A DNA stretch of 64,000 nt from Squalus acanthias (GCA_030390025.1 CM059438.1:65722001-65786000); one strand, 5' to 3'; counted from the first letter of the stretch, positions 26,311 to 38,689 are shown. Program-made: numbers and translations. Notes: generated from the sequence alone by a model not told the origin.

Positions 26311-27035
26311 GGGCTGGATTTTGATACTGGGGTGGGTTGGGGTCGTGTTATCCACTTTTCGTGTTATCCACCCGACTGCATTTGGATGTGGGAGATTGAT
26401 GCAATTTTCACCTAATTGGGCAATTGAGTTCCAGCATGTGGGAACCCATGACCCAATTAGTGTTTTGAGTCTGAAAGTCGCCTCTGATGATGTCATCATT
26501 GCTGCTGCATTGAAGGGCTTCAGAGACTGCCTGGCTTTTGCTGTGAGAGGACCTGGATATATAAGAGAGAGAGAGAGAGAGAATTTTTTTGCATCCAGGT
26601 CCTCTCACAGCAAAGGCCAGGCAGTCTCTGAAGACATTCAATGCAGCAGCATCAGAGGCAACTTTCAGACCTAATACTACTGCTACCTTCATCACATCTC
26701 CGTTCTAATAGTGGACCTGCATCTGATAGTCAGCTATCCACTTGTGCTCCCGCCAGGTTTCACTGGCGTGTTTCAGATCAGGCATGCTTCACATGGGAAA
26801 AGGGTTAAACTAGCTAAAACATTTCAAAATGGCATTACAGAGCCAATTTAGGGCTTGTTAAGGGCTTTAATTGCCTCTCCCGCCTCTTGGAGGCAGGAAG
26901 GAGATGGGACACGATTTCATCAAAATTGCGTGGAGGTGGAATGGAGGCGGGATCGGGTCTACCCGCCACTTTTCGCAATTTTAACCCCCCACACGCCTCC
27001 AAACCCACCTCCACGGGTCTATGAAAATCCAGCCC
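26311..27035. mobile_element. Harbinger-type MITE, sister of 25050, with long internal palindrome
   Basis: Same TIRs; TSD TAT at 26308-26310 and 27036-27038. Confidence 0.92.
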
Positions 27036-27802
27036 TATGATTCTAAAGACACCACTTGGAGTAGCACCAAGCTTTACCGATCAAAAGATCCGAGGTTTGA
27101 TTCATTGTCCATGCTGAGTTCGGAGCAATTAGATGATAGCAACTAGGGACTGCAACCGGCCTCAGAATCCCTGCCCAGCGTCCCTCTCACTGCTGATGGC
27201 TGTTCAGTGACCATTGTGCTGGTTAAACCCCTGGTCAGATCTTGGCAAGCTTTCAATGCCTGTAGAACTGTACTTAGGAAGGAGTAAGCCCCTTCACCTG
27301 AGGAAAAGAAACATTTGGTGAATAAACATTGCACCAATTAGTCTCAAACTTGGTAGAATGAATGTCATTCAGATGCCGTTCAGAGAGTTGGTAAAATATC
27401 AAGCATGATCGATTATATTCATTGCCTTGGGTTATTAGTGGCACCACTGGCATTAGTCTAATTATCTTGCAAAAATCGATGGATCAGGATCCAGCTAACA
27501 CCAAATCTGTTGTAAATGTAACACGAATCTCCGGTCGAGTATTCTTTTTCCCAATATGCTGCTTGTCGATTTCTACCCAGTTTCAAGAGTTCAAAAAGAA
27601 CCATCTGAGATCAATATCTTAGGTAGGTGCACAGAGGAAGCAATGAGAATCAATAGAGGAGGAGGTAACATCATGCGGACAAGAAATAAATCTCTGCTTC
27701 TCTGTTTATTTAGTCAGGATTCACTGGTGTGAATTTAAAAGGTGCCAGTTTTAGAAAGGCAGAAAGCCTTAATTAGGGAATACGGCCTATTCAGTGTTGA
27801 GT

Positions 27803-27846
27803 ATATATATCTATATATCTATATATCTATATAGATATATATATAT
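27803..27846. repeat. TA/TATATC microsatellite
   Basis: Read directly. Confidence 0.85.
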
Positions 27847-28012
27847 TTATTGGCAACCAGCATGGTCTGTATCTGGTTGTAGATTACTGGACTTGGAGTA
27901 ACTTCCAACAAAAAATTGAATTCATTGTGAGCATTCTGTTCACTTTCGTTTCATGCTTAAAAAGAACGTGAAAGGAGAGAAATAAATTTGTACTCAATGA
28001 ATCATATGGACA

Positions 28013-28850
28013 CGGGATGTCCCAGGTTGATCCCCAGTCTGTGCCAAGTTAGCTGATCTCATTCAGTGTAGCAATAACCGGATTGCAACTGGACGAGGGA
28101 GGGGAAAAATCCACCAAGGTTCACACTCCCGATCATTCTCCAGTGATTCCTGCTCGAAAATGTCTGCGTGGTGATCAGGTGAGAACAAAATTTGGCTTGG
28201 CTTTGGTGACCCACTCCCCTTTGATGATCCACTCCCCCTTTGATGACCCACTCCCCCTTTGATGACCCACTCCCCCTTTGATGACCCACTCCCCCTTTGA
28301 TGACCCACTCCCCCTTTGATGACCCACTCCCCTTTGATGACCCACTCCCCTTTGATGACCCACTCCCCTTTGATGACCCACTCCCCCTTTGATGACCCAC
28401 TCCCCTTTGATGACTCACTCCCCTTTGATGATCCACTCCCCCTTTGATGACCCACTCCCCCTTTGATGATCCACTCCCCTTTGATGACCCACTCCCCTTT
28501 GATGACCCACTCCCCTTTGATGACCCACTCCCCTTTGATGACCCACTCCCCTTTGATGACCCACTCCTCCTTTGATGACCCACTCCCCTTTGATGACCCA
28601 CTCCCCTTTGATGACTCACTCCCCCTTTGATGACTCACTCCCCCTTGATGATCCACTCCTCCTTTGATGACCCACTCCCCCTTTGATGACCCCTCTGCTG
28701 CAGTCAGATAATTTGCTGAGCCTCACTGTCTTGGCTTAAAGAGTGGCAACTTGAACAGGGTGCTGGAGAGCTGCTGGTCCCCATGGAACCTAACCTGAAG
28801 AAGACTCAGCACCTTCAGGTGAGGAAAGGAGAAAACTAGAAAAAGAATAG
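28013..28850 (+). mobile_element. SINE-like repeat ('family B') containing an expanded minisatellite
   Basis: CCCAGGTTGATCCCCAGTCTGTGCCAAGTTAGCTGATCTC...TCAGCACCTTCAGG; related pieces at ~27085, ~30895-31270, ~33720-33870, ~37040-37140, ~57740-57890 and ~61045-61265. Confidence 0.6.
28208..28693. repeat. 18-19-bp minisatellite (GACCCACTCCCC[C]TTTGAT, about 26 copies)
   Basis: Contiguous tandem units with a variable C-run. Confidence 0.97.
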
Positions 28851-29615
28851 AAATTAGCTCTTATCATTTAGACCAATGTTCCGCCCTTCTGATTTTTATT
28901 TTAGTTTTAATATTTCCAATGCATCCAATGATTTAAAGATTTTTCAACAATAATTCAAAACCGCATTTGGGGGATTTAGTCCCAGAGCTTTTTAAAGTGT
29001 GAAGTGTTTTGAATTTAATTTCAATGTTTCTTTTATCCCCAAAAATGTAATCTTGGACTTTCCAAATTGCATCTTTGACTTTCAGGGAGGTGGGAAGGTA
29101 AACGATGATTGTTGGAATCTTCTGCAAATTTATGACAAGGCAATTCTCTGAGCAGATAATGATGCCTGTACTTGGCAATGACATTCATCAGTGACAGCAA
29201 ATCCATCCTGGGGTATTATAAGATTTATACAATGAGAAAGACCAACCACCAAACAGTTAAGCAATGAACTCGTTCATTTGGCCCAAGTCTTGTCTCATGG
29301 GCACAGAGCACTGTTTATAGCATGATTTCCTTTTATACTATGTAATTTGTTTTTAATTAAGGCCTTAGTTCCTTAGTTTGTTCTGTTTGTGAAGTGCCCT
29401 GGGGATTGGACACAACCTTGTGACTCAAGTGAAGGCACTGAACATGATGGCACATCCAGGGCAGAAACGTGAAAAATATGCATCAGTCATCTACATTGGA
29501 GTGACAATTAATGCAACAATGATGCGTTCATGAAAATTCAATATTGATTCAAATACAAGATTTTATAGCGCAGCGATTGTCTCCCAAAAAAGTGATACAC
29601 ATTTAACAACACTAT

Positions 29616-30510
29616 GGGGGAAAAATTCAGTTGGTTGCGCCTCCCGTTAGCGCCTTAAGAGGGCGCTAATGGGGCGCAAAGCATCTAGCGCCCAGGCGCG
29701 GCGATGTTTGCGCCGCTCATGAAATTAACTAGACATTTTGCGGTGGCGCTAAACACTACCGCCACGATCTCCTGCGCCGGCAGATCGTGACATCAGTCGA
29801 GTGCGCAATGCCCCGGTATCGTCCCGGAGCAGATATTGAGTGGCGCCCCCTGCCTTACCGCCTGACGCTAGCAACGACAGGTTGAGGGGAGCGTTTTGCA
29901 GTCATGAAGGGACTGGGGGAGCGCTATTTAAAGGTGACCGCTTCCTGCCTTTTATTGTTGGTGCCATTTTTGAACCACGCATTCTGAGAGAGAGAGAGAG
30001 AGAGACTTCTGGAGAGATTCAACGCTGTTTGAAGGAGTTTTTGGTACTGAGCAGCACTTTGCAGGTTCATTTTGATTTGCCATTCCTTGTATCGATTTAC
30101 AAGAGACTGTGGGGGCTGCACGCTAAGTTCTTTCCCTGGTACTCTCCATTGTTCTTTCCAGCAGATTTGATGTGCAGGTCTCTCCAGGCCAGGATTCAAG
30201 GCTGCAATGAGCAGGATGTGGATGGAAAGCAAGATCAAACATCCCCTTTAAGAACTGGCCGGTGCCATTGTGTGTGTGTTCCATTGCTGACTGACATCAC
30301 ATGAGCTTCGCCAGCGCTCTGAGGTAGCGCCTCGCTCCTCGGCCTTTGCGCCTTAAGACAGGTGTGAAGCGCCTGATTTAGCGCTCCAATCACCTGCAGG
30401 GGCGATAAAAGTCAAGTTTGCAGTCGGAGGCGATAATTAGCGCCAGGCGCTAATCTTTGCGCCCGGCCGATATTTGCGCCCCAAATGGGGCGATACTGAA
30501 TTTCTCCCCC
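29616..30510. mobile_element. Harbinger-type MITE, CpG-rich
   Basis: TIR GGGGGAAAAATTCAGT / ACTGAATTTCTCCCCC; TSD TAT; many AGCGCC/GGCGCT subterminal motifs. Confidence 0.88.
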
Positions 30511-30589
30511 TATATTTATTAGCTAAAAAAATAGAAGTTTTGACAAACATTATCTTTCCAAAACAAAATCCAACACAGTTAAAGTATGA

Positions 30590-30834
30590 AACAACAGCAG
30601 AAAATGCTGGAAACACTCAGCAGGTCAGGCAGCATCGTGGAGAGAGAAACAAAGTTAACGTTTCAGGTCGATGACCCTTCGTCAGAACTGGAAAAAGTTA
30701 GAGGTATAACAGATTTTATTATCGACCTGAAACGTTAACTCTGTTTCTCTCTCCACGATGCTGCCTGACCTGCTGAGTGTTTCCAGCATTTTCTGTTGTT
30801 GTTTCAGAGTTCCAGCACCCGCAGTATTTTTGCG
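30590..30834. mobile_element. Non-coding PLE pLTR-only insert with inverted repeat
   Basis: 15-bp TSD ACAGTTAAAGTATGA at 30575-30589 and 30835-30849; ~85-bp inverted arms. Confidence 0.9.
30653..30689 (-). ncRNA. Minimal hammerhead ribozyme motif (intact)
   Basis: Minus strand reads AGTT-CTGACGA-A-GGGTC-ATC-GACCT-GAAAC-GTT-AACT. Confidence 0.75.
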
Positions 30835-31454
30835 ACAGTTAAAGTATGATTATTCCAGATTACATTTTTTGTCTTTTTAAATGTTCATGTCAAATTTTCC
30901 TCCTTTGCTCAAAGTGTTAAACTGCTTACTGGGGAATAGTTTCATGGTCACCTTTTGGTAACTTGCTCATGGTCATTATTAACGTGTGAACCTTTGTAGT
31001 GAAGGTCAGCGGGTTAAAATGATCATGGAGGACAACAGAGATGAGTCCAATGCTGTCGTTAACTTAGGTTCACACATGTGCGTTCCAGCAATGCTCACTG
31101 ATAGGGATCACGAATGGGAACCCAGCCCGAAACCAGAAGGAGCATTAAATCAAATAGTAGCAACCCTACCCCCAATCCCAACTAGCTCACCACAGACTGA
31201 GAATTGCTGGGAACTGCCTGGTTCAATGACTTAGCTACTCAACATGTAAACTACATAACCCATTGGAAGAGATTATCTTTGTTTATTCTAGAGAAAGGTA
31301 TGCAGGGCCTGGGCATTTTTCAAGGTCTATTTAGGAGAATGGAGGGGGAAGAGAAGTTATTTATTTTCACCATTTACATGACGGTTTTGCCAGCTCCAAC
31401 ATAACTTAAAGGAACCAGACTTTTGCAGACTTGGCATCCTTTTGGACTCTGAAT

Positions 31455-33692
31455 GGAGTTTCTAACCCCATATCCTCTCCATCACCAAGACTACCTGCTT
31501 CCACCTCCGTGACATCACTCACCTGCCTCAGCCCACTTACTGCTGTAAACTTTGTCATTTCCAGACTTGATTACTCCCATGCTCTCCTGGCTTGCAACGC
31601 ATCCTCCACCTTCAATAAACTTCAGCTCATCCAAAACTCTGCTCTCACATCCTATCTGGCAGCAAGTCCCTTTGCCTATCAGCCCTGTTCTCACTGATCT
31701 ACCTATGCTCCAAGTCCCCCAATACTTCGAATTTAAAATCCTCCATGGCCATAGTAACTTATCTTAGCAACCTTCTCGGCCCTACAAGCCTCTTCCACAA
31801 CCCCCACTCCCCCCCCCCACCCCATCCAAACTTTCTGTTTCATTGACTCCAACCTCTTATGCATCCTCTCTCTACCGCCCGCGCTCCCCCCACAGCTTGC
31901 GCCCGACCCCCCCTCCCCCCGCCACAATTGGTGTTTTTTTCTTCAGTTGCCCAGGCCTCACACTCTGGAATTCTTTCCCTAAACCTCTTCACCTCTCCTC
32001 CTTGAAGACCGTCCTTAAAACCAATACCTTTGTCCAAGCTTTTGGTTAGTCCTCCCAAAGAAAGGAAGAAGTTGTATTTATATAGTGCCATTCATGACCT
32101 CAACATCTACTTTGGCTCAGCATCCAATTTTCTCCTCACACCTCTGGCAAATGCCTTGGGATGTTGTAGGGGGTGGTGGTTTGTGTTAGCTTCACCTCTG
32201 GCTTCTGAGCGGTTCGAATCACTCCCAATCCCTTTGGTTCTAGACCTTGGACTTATTTGGGGGTTGTGACAAAAAATGCAGCAGACAACTGGTTTTGATG
32301 CAAGAACTTTGATCTTTATTCAAGAAAGTAAAACACAACACAAACACTCTTAACACTCTGAAAGTGGGGAACACTTCGGCACAAATGAGGGAAATAACAT
32401 TAGAAGAATACTTCACCCCTCCCAATCCCACTTCACTAGCTAGGTTGGACTCCAGAGGACCAGGGATGATACTCACCAGAATCCTTGACAATTAGGTTAG
32501 TTCGCGGTTTTGGGGTTCACTCTATATGTCGGTTGGTGTCTGCCGTACCCCGTACGCGGTAGAGGACTTCAACTGCGTATCTGGTCAGTCTTCGTGAGTC
32601 CGCTGATGCGGTAGGGTGCGTATTGGATTTATCAGGTGAGTACCCACTTTTCTTTGGTTTAGAAGTAGGGTTTAGAGTCTTTGGGAAAATCTTACCCAGG
32701 GGTAAGTCAGGAGTAGATTGTAGAGTGGAAACTTTGCGGATCTTCGGGTTTTCTTCGAGTTGGTTTTCTTCGGTCGCGGTGGCCCAAATATTGGTACTTG
32801 GTGTACGGTTGGTTGTTTCGTGAGGACCTTGTTGCCGCGAGGTGTCCGATGGTTACTGAGGCGGTCGTTCTGGTTTCTTCACGTGTCGGCCTACTTTGTT
32901 GGATGGTCTGGCCTTCGAGCTGTCGACCTCCTGGCTGGACACGGAACGCTGAACGGTGATGTTTTTAGAACTGTGTTGCGGAGAGTGCCTCCGTCGATGT
33001 CTTCTTGTTCTTCCTTCCTCTTCTTCTTTTTCAGGTTGAGAACGGGCCTTCAATTATACCCATTGAAGCTCCCTTATCTGCGTGCCAAATCAGGTCTCGA
33101 TCTTTGTTAGTTTTGGCGGGCTCGTTAACGATAACTGGTTTGTTAAGGTGTGAAGTGGTTCCGGGATTGCCCCCATCCTGTCGATTTGCCACTTAATCGG
33201 AGTTTGATTGTTCTTATGTTTTGGGTTTTCTTGGCTGGACCTATGATTTCTATGGAGTAGGCCGAAGTAATCTGTTTTATGCATGTCTTAATGGGCTCTG
33301 TAACTTGGGGTGGAGACTGTTTTTCCTCAGGTTTATTGTTAGGATGCTAATGTCTGATATGGGCCGATTTAAACTCCCAGCGAGATCATACGGTTCCCCA
33401 GACAGATCCCATTAACTCCAATACCCAAACTGGTTTTACAGAGGTTGATCCCACCTTCCTTCACAGCCTTTTCTCCCTTACAAGCCCAGTCATGTTTTAA
33501 AAATACCAAATCTTGGTTTTTGCTCAAAATGTCCTTCGGTTAGGCCCAATGCACTTCACCACCTGTAATCGCTAGAAAAGAGCCCAAAGTCTTTTCCTTA
33601 GGGTTTTTCTTCGAGTTTTGGGGGATCTGTGAATTTTGAGAATCTTACAATGTTTTTCTACATCAAAGATGCTTTATAAAAGTTGTCGTTTG
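31455..33692 (+). mobile_element. Degenerate L2 3' fragment (31455-32164; tail resumes 33650-33692)
   Basis: FVISRLDYSHALL and KLQLIQNSA; the tail GCCTTGGGATGT|TTTTCTACATCAAAG is split by the LTR. Confidence 0.75.
32165..33649 (-). mobile_element. Probable solo LTR (Gypsy or ERV unresolved), 1485 bp
   Basis: TGTAGG...CTTACA termini, 4-bp TSD ATGT at 32161-32164 and 33650-33653, AATAAA on the minus strand near 32315. Confidence 0.8.
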
Positions 33693-34204
33693 GACGTAGA
33701 GGGAGGACGTGATTGGGCTCCTCACTGTTAAGCAGCCTGGCAAAGCCTGCTGCCTCAGCTCCCATGTGACTAATAGCCAAGTGACAGCAGGTACTAGAGG
33801 GCAGCCGCAGGTCCAGAACCATAACCTAGGATGAGTCAGTGCCTTCAGGAGGAAGAAAGGCAATTCGGGAAAAAGTAGGCATATACAAAGCCAATGCTTT
33901 TTGTTATCAATTTATTTATAGCAGAAGAAGATATCTGGAGCCTGGGGCTCTGTGGTCATGTTTATACAAGATTACAAAGGATAGAAATTGTTACCTTCTG
34001 CACTTGGGAGAATAAGTGGGTGGAAGACTTTCTTCTGAGGTTTGGCATGAGATTCTGTTGTCATAGCAATACCACAGCCTTCTTGTGTTGTGACTCTTAC
34101 ACAAGGACACACAAGCATCTGGTCCCACCACCGCCATTACCACACACAGACTATAACTGCAGTCGGACACTGTATAATAGTACTAACCGATTTGCAGACA
34201 CAAA

Positions 34205-35025
34205 GGGCTGGATTTTGCCAGCCCCGAGGAGGCGGGTATGGAGGCGGGACTGCCGGTAAAGTTGCAGAAAGGGGGGCGGCTAGCAAACCCGCCCCATCCC
34301 ACCTCTGTGCCCTTTTGCCAGGAGGCGGGAAGCCGTCCTGACCCGGGTCTTGTCTCCTCGAGGCGGGAAAGGGATTAAATCCTTTTAACTACCTGTTAAC
34401 AGGTAGTTAACAGGCAGAAAGAAGGATTAGTCCCATTTTACCTTTTCAAGTGCAGGCTTCCCGACCTTGGAGAGCCCCGCCGGGGCGTAGGAGGTGAGTA
34501 GGAGGTCTGCGGGGGCCAGAGAGTTCTGAAAATGAGATGTAGAGGTGAGTAATGGGTGCAAGTGTGGAGTGGTAAGTATGTGAGGTGAGTGTAATGTTTT
34601 ATAAAATGTTCACTTACCTTTGTTTCTGCCTACAGCCTTCAGCCGCAGTAGATCCGGAGTCCCGACATCATCATTGTAGATTTCACAGACTGGCTGTTGG
34701 CTCCTCCGAACCAACAGTCATCTGATTTCTACAAAGTAGAAAGGTTTGATGAGTCCTGAACACAAGGGCTCATCAAACTATACAGAATGTCAGTGTTTGA
34801 CAGCTTCATAGAGCTGTCAAATGCTGACATTTCTTCTTTCAAGAAATCTTGACAGATGGTACATCAGATGTTTATGTGCTCTGTCAGTGACTTCCCCCTA
34901 ATTGGCCTGCTGAGCCCGCAGGGCAGAAAATCCCACTGGTTGGCCAGAAGATGATGGAGGCGGGACAGAGACCCGGCAAGCAGCAGTCCCGCCTCCAACA
35001 CGTCTCCATTCAGAAAATCCAGCCC
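34205..35025. mobile_element. Harbinger-type MITE with splice-site/hairpin cassette
   Basis: TIR GGGCTGGATTTT / AAAATCCAGCCC; flanks AAA/ACA; interior homologous to 56042-56877. Confidence 0.88.
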
Positions 35026-35705
35026 ACAGCATTGAATTAGCTTTCTTGAATACTTTTCTGACCTACAGTACTTTTTCAAGATGCTTCTGAATCCAGTTTA
35101 CTCATTTACATTTCAAGAGTACTCTTCAACCCATCCTCCCTCACCCAGAGATTTAGTTCTGCATTTATTTGGAGTAAGGTGTAGAAGATTTCTCTCTTAA
35201 ATCATGAGCAACCACAACAGGGAAAAGGAGTAGTGTCCAACAAGAAGAGACTATCAGTACTAATCTCTAAACATGGAGTTTTGGATGAGATCAGAAATCA
35301 CAAGAGCTAATCTCAAGCATGTCTAATGTCATTCGAACATCAAAACTAGATTACACCTTTCAGCTCAGTCTTGCCCTATCTGTTTTTCTTTACAATAATA
35401 TATAAGTATATGTAATAACACTTTGTCTATAGTGTGCACTTACTGGAAGCGTCACACTTACTTCCTGTAATACTTCCCAGTCACACTTTTTAGATATTGT
35501 TATAAAACAGCGTAGCCCCCGATTCACCATGAGCAATGCCAGGGAAGATCTGGTGGAAAGTATATAGAACATTTCTGTCATTAAGATTTATTGTTCCTGG
35601 GTATAGTCCTTAGGGCCTGGTGTGAGGTAATGAAACTGTAGATGTTTTCATATTAGTGATCAGACAGCATCTTTTTTCTACACTTAAATTCTTGAGGTGA
35701 CCTGC

Positions 35706-35826
35706 TTAGGACTGCAGCGGTTCAAGAAGGCGGCTCACCACCACCTTCTCAAGGGCAATTAGGGATGGGCAATAAATGCTGGCCTTGCCAGCGACACCCA
35801 CATCCCATAAAACAAATTTAAAAAAA
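35706..35826 (+). mobile_element. 3' tip of the CR1-group LINE family at 2915
   Basis: GGACTGCAGCGGTTCAAGAAGGCGGCTCACCACCACCTTCTCAAGGGCAATTAGGGATGGG. Confidence 0.9.
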
Positions 35827-36213
35827 TTACACTTATGCTCTGTTTCTGATATACAACTTTGAAATTGTTGTGGGTTTTTGTGATAAATTTAGGACACAGC
35901 AGTACAAAGAAGGTGTTTGTGGAGTAATTAGTGTGGTTAATGCTTTGCTCAACATAGTTCTCGATTATGGAGGGGAGCGGAATCAAATCTCTTTCCACTT
36001 ATTTTGTTCCTGTGCCATTCTTTTGTTTCAATGAGCTGCAGAACTTTTGGCTTCCCTTCTAAATTTAGGGACTGTTTAAATTTAATAAGTAGCCCCAGCT
36101 TTGACTTCTGCATTGTAAGAAAATATCCCACAAGAAACAAAATTAACATAAGCTGTCTCTGAACACAGTGTGAGTGTAGGTTCAGGTTGGGACACAGAGG
36201 TGAAGAAAAGCAG

Positions 36214-36665
36214 GTGTCAGCTTTGGCTCAGTGGTAGCACTCTTGCCTCTCTGTCAGAAGGTCATAGGTTCAAGCTCCATTCCAGAGACTTGAGCACATA
36301 ATCGAGGCTGGTACTTTAGTGCAGTACTGAGGGAGTGCTAAATTGTCAATGGTGCCGTCCTTCAAATGAGACGTTAAACCAAGGCCCCATCTGCCCTCTA
36401 CAGTCAATGCAAAAGATTCCATGGCACTATTCAAAGAAGAGCAATGGAGTTTCCCAGGTATCCTGGGCAACATTTAGCCCTCAGCCAACACCAAAAACAG
36501 ATGATCTGGTGACTTTTGTGGGACCTTACGGTGTGCAAATTGGCTGCAGTGTTTCCTACACTACAGCAGTGACTGCATTTCAAAAGTGCTTCATTGGTTG
36601 TAAAGCGCTTTGGGACATCCAGAGGCTGTGACAGATGCGATATAAATACAAGGTTTTTCTTCTTT
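36214..36665 (+). mobile_element. Deu-domain SINE, full length
   Basis: A box TGGCTCAGTGG, B box GGTTCAAGCTCC, Deu core and tail. Confidence 0.9.
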
Positions 36666-37355
36666 GTTTCTTTCAAAGTGTGTTCATTGAACACATTAAA
36701 ATGAGCTCTGATACTTGTGCCCGTGGAGGAAAAGGTTTAAAATTTGTAGGTGTAGTTATTTCAAATTTTAATCAATAAAACTGGATGCAAACAGAAATAA
36801 TGAGAAACTGATAATAAGCATATTTGCTTCTGAGGGCCTTACTGATGGATAAGATAGTCTCGAGCTTCCAGTTCTGACCAGTGTCTGAAGAGTGAGATGT
36901 GTGCAATCAGCAGACTGAAGTTAGACTGCTGACTGGGCACACTGCAGGTTCTACTGAAGTCAATGAAAACGAAGGGAAACTGTAGTTCAACAGGTTTTTT
37001 CTTAAAAAGTTTGCCCGGCATGTTTTCTTTTTCTAGCTAGTTTTCTCCACTCTTCTCCTGAAGGCGAAAAGTTGACTCCTTGTTAGGGTGTGACTCCATG
37101 GGTGCTGGGTGCCCTCTGGTACCTTGCTCGAGTAGCCATTATTTTGAGATGATCCTTGTCAGCTGTTTCTTCGACCCCGTGTAAGGCAAGCACGGTCACA
37201 TTCTTTTCCAGCGGGGTTTGTCGATCGTACTCAGGAGCGGGATCCCTGGTCTTCCTAACACAGGAGCCGGAAACCCATTCCTGCACCTCAACTGAAACTG
37301 CTGTGTATGTTTAAAAGATTGTAACACAATCCAACATTCTATGCTGCCCAGTGAC

Positions 37356-37575
37356 TGCATAGAATCATAAAGCACAGAGGAGGCCTCTTGGCCCATTGTG
37401 CCTGTGCCCGATCTTTCAAAGAGCTATCCAATTAGCCCCACATCCCTGCACTTCACCATAGCCCTGTAATTTTTTCCTCTTCAAGTATTTATCCAATTCC
37501 CTTTTGAAAGTTACTATCGAAACTGCTTCCACCACCCATTCAGGCAGTGCATTCCAGATCATAACATGTTGCATG
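37356..37575 (-). mobile_element. CR1 3' end
   Basis: WNALPEWVVEAVSIVTFKRELDKYL and a CATAGAATCATA tail. Confidence 0.88.
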
Positions 37576-38689
37576 CCTTTAGATCCCGACATGAATTTCT
37601 TCACAAAGCCTCATGGCCCATTATGGAGGGGCTCTGACATAGGCCTAGATACAAGGTTATAGCCTGTTGTCTACTCCTGGGAGTATGGTGTGAGATGGCT
37701 TGGTGAGGGGAAATGGGTTAATGTTACGAGGCGAAAAAGGATTGCAACAGAATCAATGAGCATTTATTCCAGGGTGGAAATAATTTCACTGTCCAGTGAT
37801 GTGATGATTACTAATTCAAAAAAAATTGATAATTCTTTGCAGCAAATCTGGTGTTAATGTAATGTTCCAATTACAAAACATATTTTTTTTTAATCAGTTA
37901 AAAGTCTGACTTTCAAATTGATCTCTTTTGCTTCAACTTTCTTTCTTTGGTTGACTGAATTCTACCACTTCTCACTTGGGTGCTGAGGGAGTAAAGGAAA
38001 TCCGAACAGAGAAATTCATACCTCATATTGCTCAATCATTAACCAGCATTAACATAGAAAACTTCTCCACTCTCATTGCTTCAAGGGTTGCATAATGGCA
38101 GGCACTGAAACAGAATGAGAAAGAGAAAGGAAAAAAAAAACAACCAGTTAAATGAAACAATGATGCTTTGATAGTGATAGGAACAGATTATTGATAGATA
38201 GTCAAGAACGAGTCTCAGACTGAAGGCCCAAGCAAAGTCAAGTCTTATAAGGGCCACTTGTAGTTCTGAAACTCTATCTGAGTCAATGATACTTTATTAT
38301 TTTGAGAAGCGTTTCCGTTTCAGGTCAGTTGCTTTTTTCCCTGTCGTGTGACAGCAGAAGCTTTTTTATTTGTTAAATGGTCAGATTGCAAATTAGTACT
38401 TTGTAGTGCTATTGAAAGCAATGGGAGTGTCGCTGTGCATGTGAATGTCCTACATTACAGCGCAAAATGTCAGCGGATGGGTGTGAGGAGATATTATAAA
38501 AAATGTCCCAGTATTTTTTTTGAAGGAATAATAGAATTAATTATAGTGCAAGGAACAGCTTTAGCTAGCTTTGGCCTATCATTCTCCCACACCACGCATT
38601 CAAACATTCATTCACGCATATTGCCGATTTTAGGAATACAGCCTTTCACCAGCTAATGAGATCAGTTATTTTCTTATTTTTATTATTTG

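Noticed and set aside
28059..28656. Gly/Ser-rich ORFs (GSGSSK / GEWVIK repeats)
   Set aside because: Translations of an 18-19-bp minisatellite with constant frame switching.
32853..33053. Arg-rich viral accessory protein in the LTR
   Set aside because: Short low-complexity ORF from a purine-rich strand with a non-ATG start; unsupported.
36214..36300. tRNA gene
   Set aside because: The A/B boxes belong to a SINE head; no full cloverleaf.
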